DNA from: Macrostomum lignano | Lineage: Eukaryota | Assembly (NCBI GenBank): GCA_002269645.1 | Contig: NIVC01001150.1 | Coordinates: forward strand, 62,001-126,000 | DNA: 64,000 bases | Reading direction: 5' to 3' | Shown here: in pieces, positions 13,862-30,300 of the stretch | How the letters are laid out: each line of letters begins with the position of its first letter | How positions within the stretch are numbered: position 1 is the first letter of the stretch | Made by a program: the position numbers and the translations under genes | The notes under the pieces: generated by a model | Database searches by the model: none | What the model was told of the DNA's origin: nothing | What the model saw: only the letters and a program-made list of their open reading frames with translations

Positions 13862-15474
13862 TGCAGGCAAGATCTTTTTTAGCTATTGAGGAGGCTTTAG
13901 CTCCCCTGCAGGCAGGATCTTTATTAGCTATTGAGGAGGCTTTAGCTCTCCTGCAGGCAGGATCTTTATTAGCTATTGAGGAGGCTTTAGCTCCCCTGCA
14001 GGCAGGATCTTTATTAGCTATTGAGGAGGCTTTAGCTCTCCTGCAGGCAGGATCTTTATTAGCTATTGAGGAGGCTTTAGCTCTCCTGCAGGCAAGATCT
14101 TTATTAGCTATTGAGGAGGCTTTAGCTCTCCTGCAGGCAGGATCTTTATTAGCTATTGAGGAGGCTTTAGCTCCCCTGCAGGCAAGATCTTTATTAGCTA
14201 TTGAGGAGGCTTTAGCTCTCCTGCAGACAAGATCTTTATTAGCTATTGAGGAGGCTTTAGCTCTCCTGCAGACAAGATCTTTATTAGCTATTGAGGAGGC
14301 TTTAGCTCCCCTGCAGGCAGGATCTTTATTAGCTATTGAGGAGGCTTTAGCTCCCCTGCAGGCAAGATCTTTATTAGCTATTGAGGAGGCTTTAGCTCTC
14401 CTGCAGACAAGATCTTTATTAGCTATTGAGGAGGCTTTAGCTCTCCTGCAGGCAAGATCTTTATTAGCTATTGAGGAGGCTTTAGCTCTCCTGCAGGCAA
14501 GATCTTTATTAGCTATTGAGGAGGCTTTAGCTCTCCTGCAGGCAGGATCTTTATTAGCTATTGAGGAGGCTTTAGCTCTCCTGCAGGCAAGATCTTTATT
14601 AGCTATTGAGGAGGCTTTAGCTCTCCTGCAGGCAAGATCTTTATTAGCTATTGAGGAGGCTTTAGCTCTCCTGCAGGCAAGATCTTTATTAGCTATTGAG
14701 GAGGCTTTAGCTCTCCTGCAGGCAAGATCTTTATTAGCTATTGAGGAGGCTTTAGCTCTCCTGCAGGCAAGATCTTTATTAGCTATTGAGGAGGCTTTAG
14801 CTCTCCTGCAGGCAAGATCTTTATTAGCTATTGAGGAGGCTTTAGCTCTCCTGCAGGCAAGATCTTTATTAGCTATTGAGGAGGCTTTAGCTCTCCTGCA
14901 GACAAGATCTTTATTAGCTATTGAGGAGGCTTTAGCTCTCCTGCAGGCAGGATCTTTATTAGCTATTGAGGAGGCTTTAGCTCTCCTGCAGGCAGGATCT
15001 TTATTAGCTATTGAGGAGGCTTTAGCTCTCCTGCAGGCAAGATCTTTATTAGCTATTGAGGAGGCTTTAGCTCTCCTGCAGGCAAGATCTTTATTAGCTA
15101 TTGAGGAGGCTTTAGCTCTCCTGCAGGCAAGATCTTTATTAGCTATTGAGGAGGCTTTAGCTCTCCTGCAGGCAAGATCTTTATTAGCTATTGAGGAGGC
15201 TTTAGCTCTCCTGCAGACAAGATCTTTATTAGCTATTGAGGAGGCTTTAGCTCTCCTGCAGGCAGGATCTTTATTAGCTATTGAGGAGGCTTTAGCTCTC
15301 CTGCAGGCAAGATCTTTATTAGCTATTGAGGAGGCTTTAGCTCTCCTGCAGACAAGATCTTTATTAGCTATTGAGGAGGCTTTAGCTCTCCTGCAGGCAA
15401 GATCTTTATTAGCTATTGAGGAGGCTTTAGCTCTCCTGCAGGCAAGATCTTTATTAGCTATTGAGGAGGCTTTA
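13862..15474. repeat. 45-bp minisatellite (about 36 copies), stop-free in one frame on each strand
   Basis: GCAGGCAAGATCTTTATTAGCTATTGAGGAGGCTTTAGCTCTCCT, three variable positions. Confidence 0.97.
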
Positions 15475-16332
15475 GAACCAGGGGCGCCAGCGCCGGGAAG
15501 AAACAGTGATCCCAATTTCCAATAAAAAATATCTGCTCTGGTGAAATAAATTGAATATTGAAACCTATTGAGCTGATGAAGCACTGATGCAACACACTAG
15601 TTTTCACTGGCTTAGAAGGTTGCTTTCATATAAGGTCAGTCCAGAGGCTATTAAGAGGCCCATGATTTGGGCTTGGTGGAGTTGCAGGTGGCGCTAGGTG
15701 ACTATGGGCACCCTGTTGTCCCCCCCCCGTAGTTGTACGAGTACTGTTAGAGTTTTCTGTGTAAGCCGAGGTAGATCCCTTGGCTGATCAATGAAATACT
15801 TGACTCTACCTATAAAAATCATCTTCAACTCGCATCGAGCGATTAAAGATTAATTCGTAAAGCTGTTAAAATTTTTGCAAAATTTGTTTGGGCTCAGCTC
15901 TCGAATAAAGTGATAAATTTTATTTGTCTAAATATTGAGAGCAAATTGTTCCAACCAGCTTTTTTCCTATTCAGATTTCGCCCAGGACCGGCATTGAATC
16001 AGCAGATGAGGCCAAAGTAGGCGGAGAGGCAACAAAACCAATTCTGCTGCGGAATGGCTTCAGGCCAATCCAATTAGTTTTAAAAGAGCAATTTCCTGTT
16101 GAAAAAACATTTCGTTGTTTATCCGGTCGCAAAAGCAGTTTGTCATTTTTAGCCTAAATGGACAGCAAAACGCTTAGACAATTCGTTTTCAAACGTGTCT
16201 AGCAAAGCTGCTCCATTCCTATCGTTTCGGCGTTCGGGTTCGCCGCGCTATCAATTAAAGCAGGCGGCTCTGCGGCACCGGAAGCCTGGTCGGGCTGACA
16301 GCTTTACAGCCGGGAAACAGCAGAGCATTGCC

Positions 16333-16338
16333 TATAAA
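16333..16338 (+). promoter_or_regulatory. TATA box of the secreted Cys-rich gene
   Basis: CCTATAAATG about 95 bp upstream of ATG 16431. Confidence 0.55.
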
Positions 16339-16430
16339 TGCGCAGTTTTACAGCAACTGCAAAGCCGTATCGGTTTGCCGAGCTCGAACTTAGCATAGTT
16401 ATCAAAATTTAGTTGTGACCCAGCAACCAA

Positions 16431-16907
16431 ATGGCGTCCTCCGTGATTCTCCTGATCGGCGCGGCCTTGGTTCTGACCGTGTCAGGCCTGCGCTGCCCGC
16501 AGCTGGACCCGGAGTCTGTGTGCTCCGCGGCCAGAGAGGGCTTCGAGTACAACGACGGCTGCAACGGGGTGGAGTGCACAGGCAGCGGGCAGTACACCAC
16601 TACCATGCGCTGGTGCCCGCGGCCGCAGTCTGCCGAGGAGCGCCGTGAGTGCCGCGGCAGGGCGTCCGCCATCTTCGAGCGGCTGGGCCCGTTCTCCTGC
16701 AGCAACCTGGAGGCCGCCAGCGTCTGCAGTCGTCGCGGCAGCGGCTTCAGTTACTTCGATGGCTGCAACCGGGTCACTTGCGAGGCCGGCGGCGGCTACA
16801 CCAGCTCGTTCCGGATGTGCCCGCAGGCCGATGCCGAGGGCGCCTACTGCCAGTTCATGGAGTCCCGCCTGGGCGAGGCTGCTCGGCGGAGGAGGCGTCG
16901 CCGCTAG
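16431..16907 (+). CDS. Secreted Cys-rich protein with two tandem pacifastin-like domains and a C-terminal Arg7 tail, 158 aa
   Basis: Signal peptide MASSVILLIGAALVLTVSG. Internal repeat C-x8-C-x12-CN-x3-C-x12-C-x9/11-C occurs twice (DGCNGVEC / DGCNRVTC). GC3-rich codon usage, upstream TATA, downstream AATAAA near 16974. Confidence 0.85.
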   Translation: MASSVILLIGAALVLTVSGLRCPQLDPESVCSAAREGFEYNDGCNGVECTGSGQYTTTMRWCPRPQSAEERRECRGRASAIFERLGPFSCSNLEAASVCSRRGSGFSYFDGCNRVTCEAGGGYTSSFRMCPQADAEGAYCQFMESRLGEAARRRRRRR

Positions 16908-17479
16908 GCTGAAGCCGAGCTGGAGCTGATGGGCCGTTGTTACCGAGGGTTGAGGCTCGATTCATTTAATATTAATAAACTGAGCTTGAGATTAAGGCTC
17001 TAAATAACCGAGTTCTGCTTGACTACATAGATGGTTGAGCAGTTTTTCCGCTTTTTATTTTACTCGAAACACTGATTGACAATTAAAAAAATGAGGAAAT
17101 CACAGGTATTTCAAAAATAATTTTAAGAACATGACGGCGTCCCAGTAGTGAATGAAAAATCCTAACAATGAGATTTAAATATTAGCGGAAATGTTTATTC
17201 TACTGCTGAAAGTAGAATACAAGCGCAGCAAGTATTGCCTCAACGCTTTTGACCGTTTAGCTCTACTAATTTAGTCGGCCTGTGATTACGGCAGCAGCCA
17301 CGTTTACATGTATGGACGAACGGGACGTTGATGTTGTTAAGACGGCAAATAAACAGGAGAGTCGCTCTCGGGTTCCGTCCTTGGCAATAAGGATAGCAGA
17401 AGCACTGTTGTGCTGATTGGGGATATTAGAGACGGAAAGAAGAAAAAGCATGGAGGAGGCAGAAAGACAGACGGACGGA

Positions 17480-18106
17480 CTTCACAAACCATAGCCTTCA
17501 CAAACCATATAGCCTTCACAAACCATATAGCCTTCACAAACCATAGCCTTCACAAACCATATAGCCTTCACAAACCATAGCCTTCACAAACCATATAGCC
17601 TTCACAAACCATAGCCTTCACAAACCATAGCGTTCACAAACCATAGCGTTCACAAACCATAGCCTTCACAAACCATAGCCTTCACAAACCATAGCCTTCA
17701 CAAACCATATAGCCTTCACAAACCATATAGCCTTCACAAACCATAGCCTTCACAAACCATAGCCTTCACAAACCATAGCCTTCACAAACCATAGCCTTCA
17801 CAAACCATAGCCTTCACAAACCATAGCCTTCACAAACCATAGCCTTCACAAACCATAGCCTTCACAAACCATAGCCTTCACAAACCATAGCCTTCACAAA
17901 CCATAGCCTTCACAAACCATAGCCTTCACAAACCATAGCCTTCACAAACCATAGCCTTCACAAACCATAGCCTTCACAAACCATAGCCTTCACAAACCAT
18001 AGCCTTCACAAACCATAGCCTTCACAAACCATAGCCTTCACAAACCATAGCCTTCACAAACCATAGCCTTCACAAACCATAGCCTTCACAAACCATAGCC
18101 TTCACA
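17480..18106. repeat. 16/18-bp minisatellite
   Basis: CTTCACAAACCAT(AT)AGC, about 38 copies. Confidence 0.97.
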
Positions 18107-19339
18107 ATTGTCAGTAGTACTGGGAAAATCTCAAATTCTGTTTCAGCACTTCAATCCAAACAAAGACGATAAAGACAGCAGAGTAACTGTGCGGTGATGG
18201 TGCAGCCCAGCAACCACCTTGCAGACCGGAAGTTGTCAGGCCGCACACAGCAGCGGAAGTGTCCGGGAACCAGCTGACAGGCACTGCGGGTCCCCAGGGC
18301 CAGCTGCAGCGGCAGCGCTCGCCCCTTCCGTTTCCATGCGGAGCCAAATTTCCACCGGGCGCGGCGGACCGAGCTGCTGCATTATTGATCCGCCCATTTC
18401 CTACCGCTCAGCTGCTCATCTCAGCCCCCCCCCCCACTCGACCTGGCAGGCCTCGATTTCTTGGCTGGGGGGAGGGGGGCGCCGTTTTTCCTCCCATCAG
18501 AAGTTTTCACGGATAATTTGGCCGGCAGAGTCGCTAAAACGCTGATGAAGTCTGGCAATGGGCTGTGAAAATCAATTTTCATCTCATTAATCACTGCGCG
18601 CGGCCCCAATTCAGCGCCACAGTTTTTAGGCGCCCAGATGGCTGGCCGCAGTGTCGGGTTGCAGGAAATTGGCTGGCTGGGACAAGCCGTGGGGCCGCCA
18701 GCTCATTGGGGAGGCCGGGCATCCCCCGCATATCTGGCCGCAGATCAATGTCAGCTGGGTGATTGAGCAACCGAGAAAGGGAAAGTGGCTTGGGGCGAAG
18801 GTGGCCAGGCAAATATCCAGCTGAGTGGCTGTCTGTGATGCGGCATGGAGGCTGAGCGCTCCCAGAGTTTTATGGGATGAAGAAGACGGCTTTTCTGCCA
18901 TTTAATAGCCATGAGTTCCTCTGCAGTTGCTGATTGGAGCTGTTATTTTCTATTATTTTGTGCTTCAGAAACCAAGCGCTGAGTACTCCGCGTGAGCATG
19001 CGAGTGAGTACTCAGAGGTCACCAAATGTTGCTTGCTTCCTCCTCGCTTGCGCCTTCCGCCCTGCGCCCTGCAAACTTAACGAGGCTGCAGCTTCTCTGA
19101 TTGACTGCGGTTTTCCTTGCAGTCGGAGTTGAGGGAGTCTGGAGCCTCTTTCCTGGAATTGTGACAGCTGGGAGACCTCAGTCTCCAGTTCACCATATCC
19201 ATATTCCATCCATCCAGCTATCCTTGACCCATTCAAGATCCAGCAAAATTCCGAGCAGAAGAGTCCGCTTAGAGCCGCAATGCTTTTGCTTTTCCAGATT
19301 TCCAGATAGATGGATAGAAACACGCAAAAACTAGAGAGC

Positions 19340-19880
19340 TCTTGCGCACGCGAGCTTGCGAAACAGACAGGAGCGGTCTGGGGGCTGAGACAGTCTGTCA
19401 GCGTCACTGTTCGCCCTTGGCTAGGTGCTTCGGCTGGTGCGCCTGGTGCAGGACGACCAGCTCCAATGGGACTTGGTCTCCGCGGGCGCTACTCCAGAGG
19501 CAGTGGCCCAGCAGCATCTGGTGGGAGACCAGCAGGGAGACGCTCAGGTCTGGAACGCCGGCGCCCCATCAGGTCTATGGATGGCAACCTCTTGAGGTAG
19601 AGCACGCCCAAGGCGTAGCGCATCTGAGGAGGAGGAGGAGGATCGGCTCCATGGCCTCGCAAAAGAGGTGCACTTTCAGGCCGTCCCTCCAAGCTGAGTT
19701 GAAGACATTCCTGAGCAGGCCTGATTCCTCCTGTCGGAGAAGATGGAGTCCGGCTAGCGATTTGAGGTATCGAGGCATGTTGTCCCCGTTGGGCAGCTCA
19801 AGTGCCGGGGCGGTGTCAGTGGCCACGTTCATCACCTCTGTCTTGCGCGCGTTGACCACCAGCACCACCCCGACGCCCTC
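19340..19880 (-). mobile_element. Degenerate non-LTR retrotransposon (RTE/L2-like) RT C-terminal fragment
   Basis: Minus-strand translation VNARKTEVM...RYLKS...LKVHLFCEAMEPILL..CATPWA follows the GL.IN..KT.vM / F.YLGS / K..lf.a.V.P.LLYGcEtW pattern, with frameshifts. Confidence 0.65.
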
Positions 19881-20703
19881 CTCACAGTGGCATGCAGTGA
19901 ATGGCTTCCAGACTGAATAGTCAAGTGAGAATTCTACTAAATTTTTGGCGGATTTCCGTGACCATTTTTAGCGAGCCACAGCAATGCTGCTAGAAGCAGA
20001 TTAATTCCAGAGCTGCAGTTAAAACAGCGAAATGAACTTCCGAAAAATGAATGCCCGAGCTGAGGGAATCGATCGATGCCGAGCAGGGCGAAATTCGGCG
20101 GTGCAAACTCGGGGGCTCCGCCTGCCAGTGACGGATGGCTCGTCAGTCCCCAGGCGCCCCCCCCCGCATCCCAGCGCGGGGATTCTCCGCTCCATCGGCC
20201 GCGCTGTCCCCATCGATTAGGGCGGGCGAGGCCGCCTGTTGTTTCTCCGGCCGGCCGGGCCGCCAGCCGCTCATTAATTCGGGCCAAGACAGCCCGAAAG
20301 AACTCATGGGGATGAAGAGCAGAGGCTGGGAGAAAGACGTGAAAGCAGGCCAGCGAAAATATTTGCTGCTGCCGCCGCCGCCGCTGCTGCAAAAGGAGCA
20401 GAGGGGCCTCGGCTCGTCCCCGGCGCCTCTGGGCTCGATAAATATTTGATTGGGCCTAATCGCATTAAGTCCCCGGCCCGCCAGCCGCATTCTGACTAAT
20501 TGAGGGATGCGTCACTGAGCCGCAGCCTGCCGGCCTCATCGAACTCGGGATCAGCGATTGGCCGCTGGGGGGGGTGGCCCGAGTTCGAGGCCTCCGCGCC
20601 GGCTCCCACCCGCCCTCCTTCCCACTTTGATCTCTGGGAAATTTTTCCCCCTGGAGCAGGCAAAAATTTCTCTGGGCGCGAGTCCTTCGTATTTTCCTGA
20701 CTT

Positions 20704-20710
20704 TATAAAA
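20704..20710 (+). promoter_or_regulatory. Candidate TATA box of Phox2
   Basis: TATAAAA about 65 bp upstream of ATG 20773 at the end of a GC-rich promoter region. Confidence 0.45.
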
Positions 20711-20772
20711 TTTGCTTGGGGAACCCAGCATTGCCAGCTCGACAGCTTTGCTCCTAGAAGGAAATTAAATCG

Positions 20773-24608
<3,836 letters not shown>

Positions 24609-24662
24609 GGCGGCAGCCGAGCGGTGAACCGGTTGCGGTCCATAGGGGGTTCGAATTCGAGA

Positions 24663-24727
24663 CCTGTAAAATATTTTACCCTGTAAAATATTTTACCCTG
24701 TAAAATATTTTACCCTGTAAAATATTT
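24663..24727. repeat. 17-bp tandem repeat containing the perfect palindrome GTAAAATATTTTAC
   Basis: CCTGTAAAATATTTTAC, about 4 copies, 55 bp after the Phox2 stop. Confidence 0.9.
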
Positions 24728-24934
24728 AGCAACCAGAAAACTGACTGAGTACAAAATAAAAATTTCTTGCTTCTTGATGTCCTGATTTGGCTGCGGAATT
24801 CGGGCGCTTTGGCTGCCAATAAAACTTTCGGCCTGAATCGGAATGCGTCCTCATAGCATGTAAATTTTCTGGAGGTCCTGAAGCGCTAAATTTTGATGCC
24901 TGGTTAAGCGTGCATCTTAAATCTGAGTTGAGTG

Positions 24935-25668
24935 CACAGGCATAAGCTCACAGTTTGATTGTCACAGACTGGCATAAGCTCACAGTTTGATTGTCACACA
25001 CTGACATAAGCTCACAGTTTGATTGTCACACACAGGCATAAGCTCACAGTTTGATTGTCACACACTGGCATAAGCTCACAGTTTGATTGTCACAGACTGG
25101 CATAAGCTCACAGTTTGATTGTCACAGACTGGCATAAGCTCACAGTTTGATTGTCACAGACTGGCATAAGCTCACAGTTTGATTGTCACAGACTGGCATA
25201 AGCTCACAGTTTGATTGTCACAGACTGGCATAAGCTCACAGTTTGATTGTCACAGACTGGCATAAGCTCACAGTTTGATTGTCACACACTGGCATAAGCT
25301 CACAGTTTGATTGTCACAGACTGGCATAAGCTCACAGTTTGATTGTCACACACTGGCATAAGCTCACAGTTTGATTGTCACACACAGGCATAAGCTCACA
25401 GTTTGATTGTCACACACTGACATAAGCTCACAGTTTGATTGTCACACACTGACATAAGCTCACAGTTTGATTGTCACACACTGACATAAGCTCACAGTTT
25501 GATTGTCACACACAGGCATAAGCTCACAGTTTGATTGTCACACACTGGCATAAGCTCACAGTTTGATTGTCACAGACTGGCATAAGCTCACAGTTTGATT
25601 GTCACAGACTGGCATAAGCTCACAGTTTGATTGTCACAGACTGGCATAAGCTCACAGTTTGATTGTCA
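24935..25668. repeat. 32-bp minisatellite
   Basis: CTGGCATAAGCTCACAGTTTGATTGTCACAGA, about 23 copies. Confidence 0.97.
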
Positions 25669-25937
25669 TATGTACTTCGTAGTGGTATAAGCGCGCACAA
25701 GGACAACTAAAGCAACGTATATACTTTAGTAGTCCTTCAGCGCGCACTAGGGAGTTACGAATTAATTTCATCCAATTATTTGATCAGACGATATCATATA
25801 GAAATCTCTCATTATCTAGCTGCATAGCCTTTGGGGCATAAAATTTTGTCGTTAGCGACGAAAGTGAAAAAATGTTTTACCGCCGAGTGCACCTGTTGTG
25901 CAAACAAGATTTTGTGTGGTATTTCCCTATGGATCAT

Positions 25938-26253
25938 CAGTAGCTCAGCAACAGCTCATCAGTAGCCCAGCAACAGCTCATCAGTAGCCCAGCAACAGCT
26001 CATCAGTAGCCCACCAAGAGCTCATCAGTAGCCCAGCAACAGCTCATCAGTAGCCAGCAACAGCTCATCAGTAGCCCACCAAGAGCTCATCAGTAGCCCA
26101 GCAACAGCTCATCAGTAGCCCAGCAACAGCTCATCAGTAGCCCAGCAAGAGCTCATCAGTAGCCCAGCAACAGCTCATCAGTAGCCCAGCAACAGCTCAT
26201 CAGTAGCCCAGCAACAGCTCATCAGTAGCCCAGCAAGAGCTCATCAGTAGCCC
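25938..26253. repeat. 22-bp minisatellite
   Basis: AGCAACAGCTCATCAGTAGCCC, about 14 copies. Confidence 0.95.
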
Positions 26254-26873
26254 AGAAAGGTAGCGAGTGTCCCATGGAGACTGTGCACCCGCTATGACAC
26301 GAGATTCCGGTCTCAGCCGTCTCACTTCCCCAGGGTTTTCGGAGATGCGGGAATTCCGGTCAGGAGCCGGTAGGGAGGCTGGAGACGGGACTCCACCAGT
26401 TGCAACCGAATTCCCTGAGGGCAGCTCACGGGACAAAGGCAGCAGGGTCGGGCAGACACTGGCGGCAGGAGCTGAGCTTCCTCGCTGATTTATGGCCAGT
26501 TTACTGCCGGGAGCAAAACTGCCGCAGACTTGTCTGTTACAAGTTTCTGCAAAAGCATCTCTGACAGAAATTTCTGCTATAAAGCCTCCTTCAATTATGA
26601 GCGTTTAATTGCTTGCGCTCAGTCTGGCGAACTGTCTCGGAGAAGCGAGTTGCAATTCGGATTCTAAATTTCTTGGGAAGTTTTTAATCTTCATATCTTG
26701 CCTCAAATTTTGTTCAATTTTGAAGGCTATCTTCATTTAGAACCCGTGCAGTGCGGCCAGTACTGATTCTAGTAATAAATGAGGCACCGGTTTCGGTTTT
26801 TTATTTGCTAATGTAAGTTTTTATAGCTATTCTCATGACTTTGATTCACCGGCTTTCTTCGATGGATTCGGTG

Positions 26874-27100
26874 AGCTATTACTGGGCTAGTTCATGGCTA
26901 TTGCTGGGCTATTGCTGGGCTAGTTCATGGCTATTGCTGGGCTAGTTCATGGCTATTGCTGGGCTAGTTCATGGCTATTGCTGGGCTAGTTCGTGGCTAT
27001 TGCTGGGCTAGTTCATGGCTATTGCTGGGCTAGTTCATGGCTATTGCTGGGCTAGTTCATGGCTATTGCTGGGCTAGTTCATGGCTATTGCTGGACTAGT
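26874..27100. repeat. 22-bp minisatellite
   Basis: GGGCTAGTTCATGGCTATTGCT, about 10 copies. Confidence 0.93.
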
Positions 27101-27361
27101 TCTGAGCTCATTAGCTACTAATTTGTATTCAGAATTGTGCTTTTCATTCAACAATCTGCATCTTTGAAAAGTTCCAATGCAACAGCTGCTGAGCCAGCAT
27201 GCAGTCAGGCATGCAGTCGGACCGCACTACTGCCATAGTAGGATGAGAGGCATCCGCCAGTCCTTATTCGATTCACTCGGTCTCGGACTTCGGTGGATGG
27301 CCTTCAAAAGTCATTTCAATTCAGTCCATGCCGGGACTGGGCCTTCTCGGTATCTCAGTTA

Positions 27362-30300
27362 GCTGACCAGCCCTGAGGAATTATCGTATGGCTGACCAAC
27401 CCTGAGGATTATCGTATGGCTGACCAACCCTGAGGGATTATCGTATGGCTGACCAACCCTGAGGGATTATCGTATGGCTGACCAACCCTGAGGGATTATC
27501 GTATGGCTGACCAACCCTGAGGGATTATCGTATGGCTGACCAACCCTGAGGGATTATCGTATGGCTGACCAACCCTGAGGGATTATCGTATGGCTGACCA
27601 ACCCTGAGGGATTATCGTATGGCTGACCAACCCTGAGGGATTATCGTATGGCTGACCAACCCTGAGGGATTATCGTATGGCTGACCAACCCTGAGGGATT
27701 ATCGTATGGCTGACCAACCCTGAGGGATTATCGTATGGCTGACCAACCCTGAGGGATTATCGTATGGCTGACCAACCCTGAGGGATTATCGTATGGCTGA
27801 CCAACCCTGAGGGATTATCGTATGGCTGACCAACCCTGAGGGATTATCGTATGGCTGACCAACCCTGAGGGATTATCGTATGGCTGACCAACCCTGAGGG
27901 ATTATCGTATGGCTGACCAACCCTGAGGGATTATCGTATGGCTGACCAACCCTGGGGATTATCGTATGGCTGACCAACCCTGAGGGATTATCGTATGGCT
28001 GACCAACCCTGGGGATTATCGTATGGCTGACCAACCCTGAGGGATTATCGTATGGCTGACCAACCCTGAGGGATTATCGTATGGCTGACCAACCCTGAGG
28101 GATTATCGTATGGCTGACCAACCCTGAGGGATTATCGTATGGCTGACCAACCCTGAGGGATTATCGTATGGCTGACCAACCCTGAGGGATTATCGTATGG
28201 CTGACCAACCCTGAGGGATTATCGTATGGCTGACCAACCCTGAGGGATTATCGTATGGCTGACCAACCCTGAGGGATTATCGTATGTCTGACCAACCCTG
28301 AGGATTATCGTATGGCTGACCAACCCTGAGGGATTATCGTATGGCTGACCAACCCTGAGGGATTATCGTATGGCTGACCAACCCTGAGGGATTATCGTAT
28401 GGCTGACCAACCCTGAGGGATTATCGTATGGCTGACCAACCCTGAGGGATTATCGTATGGCTGACCAACCCTGAGGGATTATCGTATGGCTGACCAACCC
28501 TGAGGGATTATCGTATGGCTGACCAACCCTGAGGGATTATCGTATGGCTGACCAACCCTGAGGGATTATCGTATGACTGACCAACCCTGAGGGATTATCG
28601 TATGGCTGACCAACCCTGAGGGATTATCGTATGGCTGACCAACCCTGAGGGATTATCGTGTGGCTGACCAACCCTGAGGGATTATCGTATGGCTGACCAA
28701 CCCTGAGGGATTATCGTATGGCTGACCAACCCTGAGGGATTATCGTATGGCTGACCAACCCTGAGGGATTATCGTATGGCTGACCAACCCTGAGGGATTA
28801 TCGTATGGCTGACCAACCCTGAGGGATTATCGTATGGCTGACCAACCCTGAGGGATTATCGTATGGCTGACCAACCCTGAGGGATTATCGTATGGCTGAC
28901 CAACCCTGAGGGATTATCGTATGGCTGACCAACCCTGAGGGATTATCGTATGGCTGACCAACCCTGAGGGATTATCGTATGGCTGACCAACCCTGAGGGA
29001 TTATCGTATGGCTGACCAACCCTGAGGGATTATCGTATGACTGACCAACCCTGAGGGATTATCGTATGGCTGACCAACCCTGAGGGATTATCGTATGGCT
29101 GACCAACCCTGAGGGATTATCGTGTGGCTGACCAACCCTGAGGGATTATCGTATGGCTGACCAACCCTGAGGGATTATCGTATGGCTGACCAACCCTGAG
29201 GGATTATCGTATGGCTGACCAACCCTGAGGGATTATCGTATGGCTGACCAACCCTGAGGGATTATCGTATGGCTGACCAACCCTGAGGGATTATCGTATG
29301 GCTGACCAACCCTGAGGGATTATCGTATGGCTGACCAACCCTGAGGGATTATCGTATGGCTGACCAACCCTGAGGGATTATCGTATGGCTGACCAACCCT
29401 GAGGGATTATCGTATGGCTGACCAACCCTGGGGATTATCGTATGGCTGACCAACCCTGAGGGATTATCGTATGGCTGACCAACCCTGGGGATTATCGTAT
29501 GGCTGACCAACCCTGAGGGATTATCGTATGGCTGACCAACCCTGAGGGATTATCGTATGGCTGACCAACCCTGAGGGATTATCGTATGGCTGACCAACCC
29601 TGAGGGATTATCGTATGGCTGACCAACCCTGAGGGATTATCGTATGGCTGACCAACCCTGAGGGATTATCGTATGGCTGACCAACCCTGAGGGATTATCG
29701 TATGTCTGACCAACCCTGAGGGATTATCGTATGGCTGACCAACCCTGAGGGATTATCGTATGGCTGACCAACCCTGAGGGATTATCGTATGACTGACCAA
29801 CCCTGAGGGATTATCGTATGGCTGACCAACCCTGAGGGATTATCGTATGGCTGACCAACCCTGAGGGATTATCGTATGGCTGACCAACCCTGAGGGATTA
29901 TCGTATGGCTGACCAACCCTGAGGGATTATCGTATGGCTGACCAACCCTGAGGGATTATCGTATGGCTGACCAACCCTGAGGGATTATCGTATGACTGAC
30001 CAACCCTGAGGGATTATCGTATGGCTGACCAACCCTGAGGGATTATCGTATGGCTGACCAACCCTGAGGGATTATCGTGTGGCTGACCAACCCTGAGGGA
30101 TTATCGTATGGCTGACCAACCCTGAGGGATTATCGTATGGCTGACCAACCCTGAGGGATTATCGTATGGCTGACCAACCCTGAGGGATTATCGTATGGCT
30201 GACCAACCCTGAGGGATTATCGTACGGCTGACCAACACTGGGGGAATATCGTGTGGCTGACCAACCCTGAGGGATTATCGTATGGCTGACCAACCCTGAG

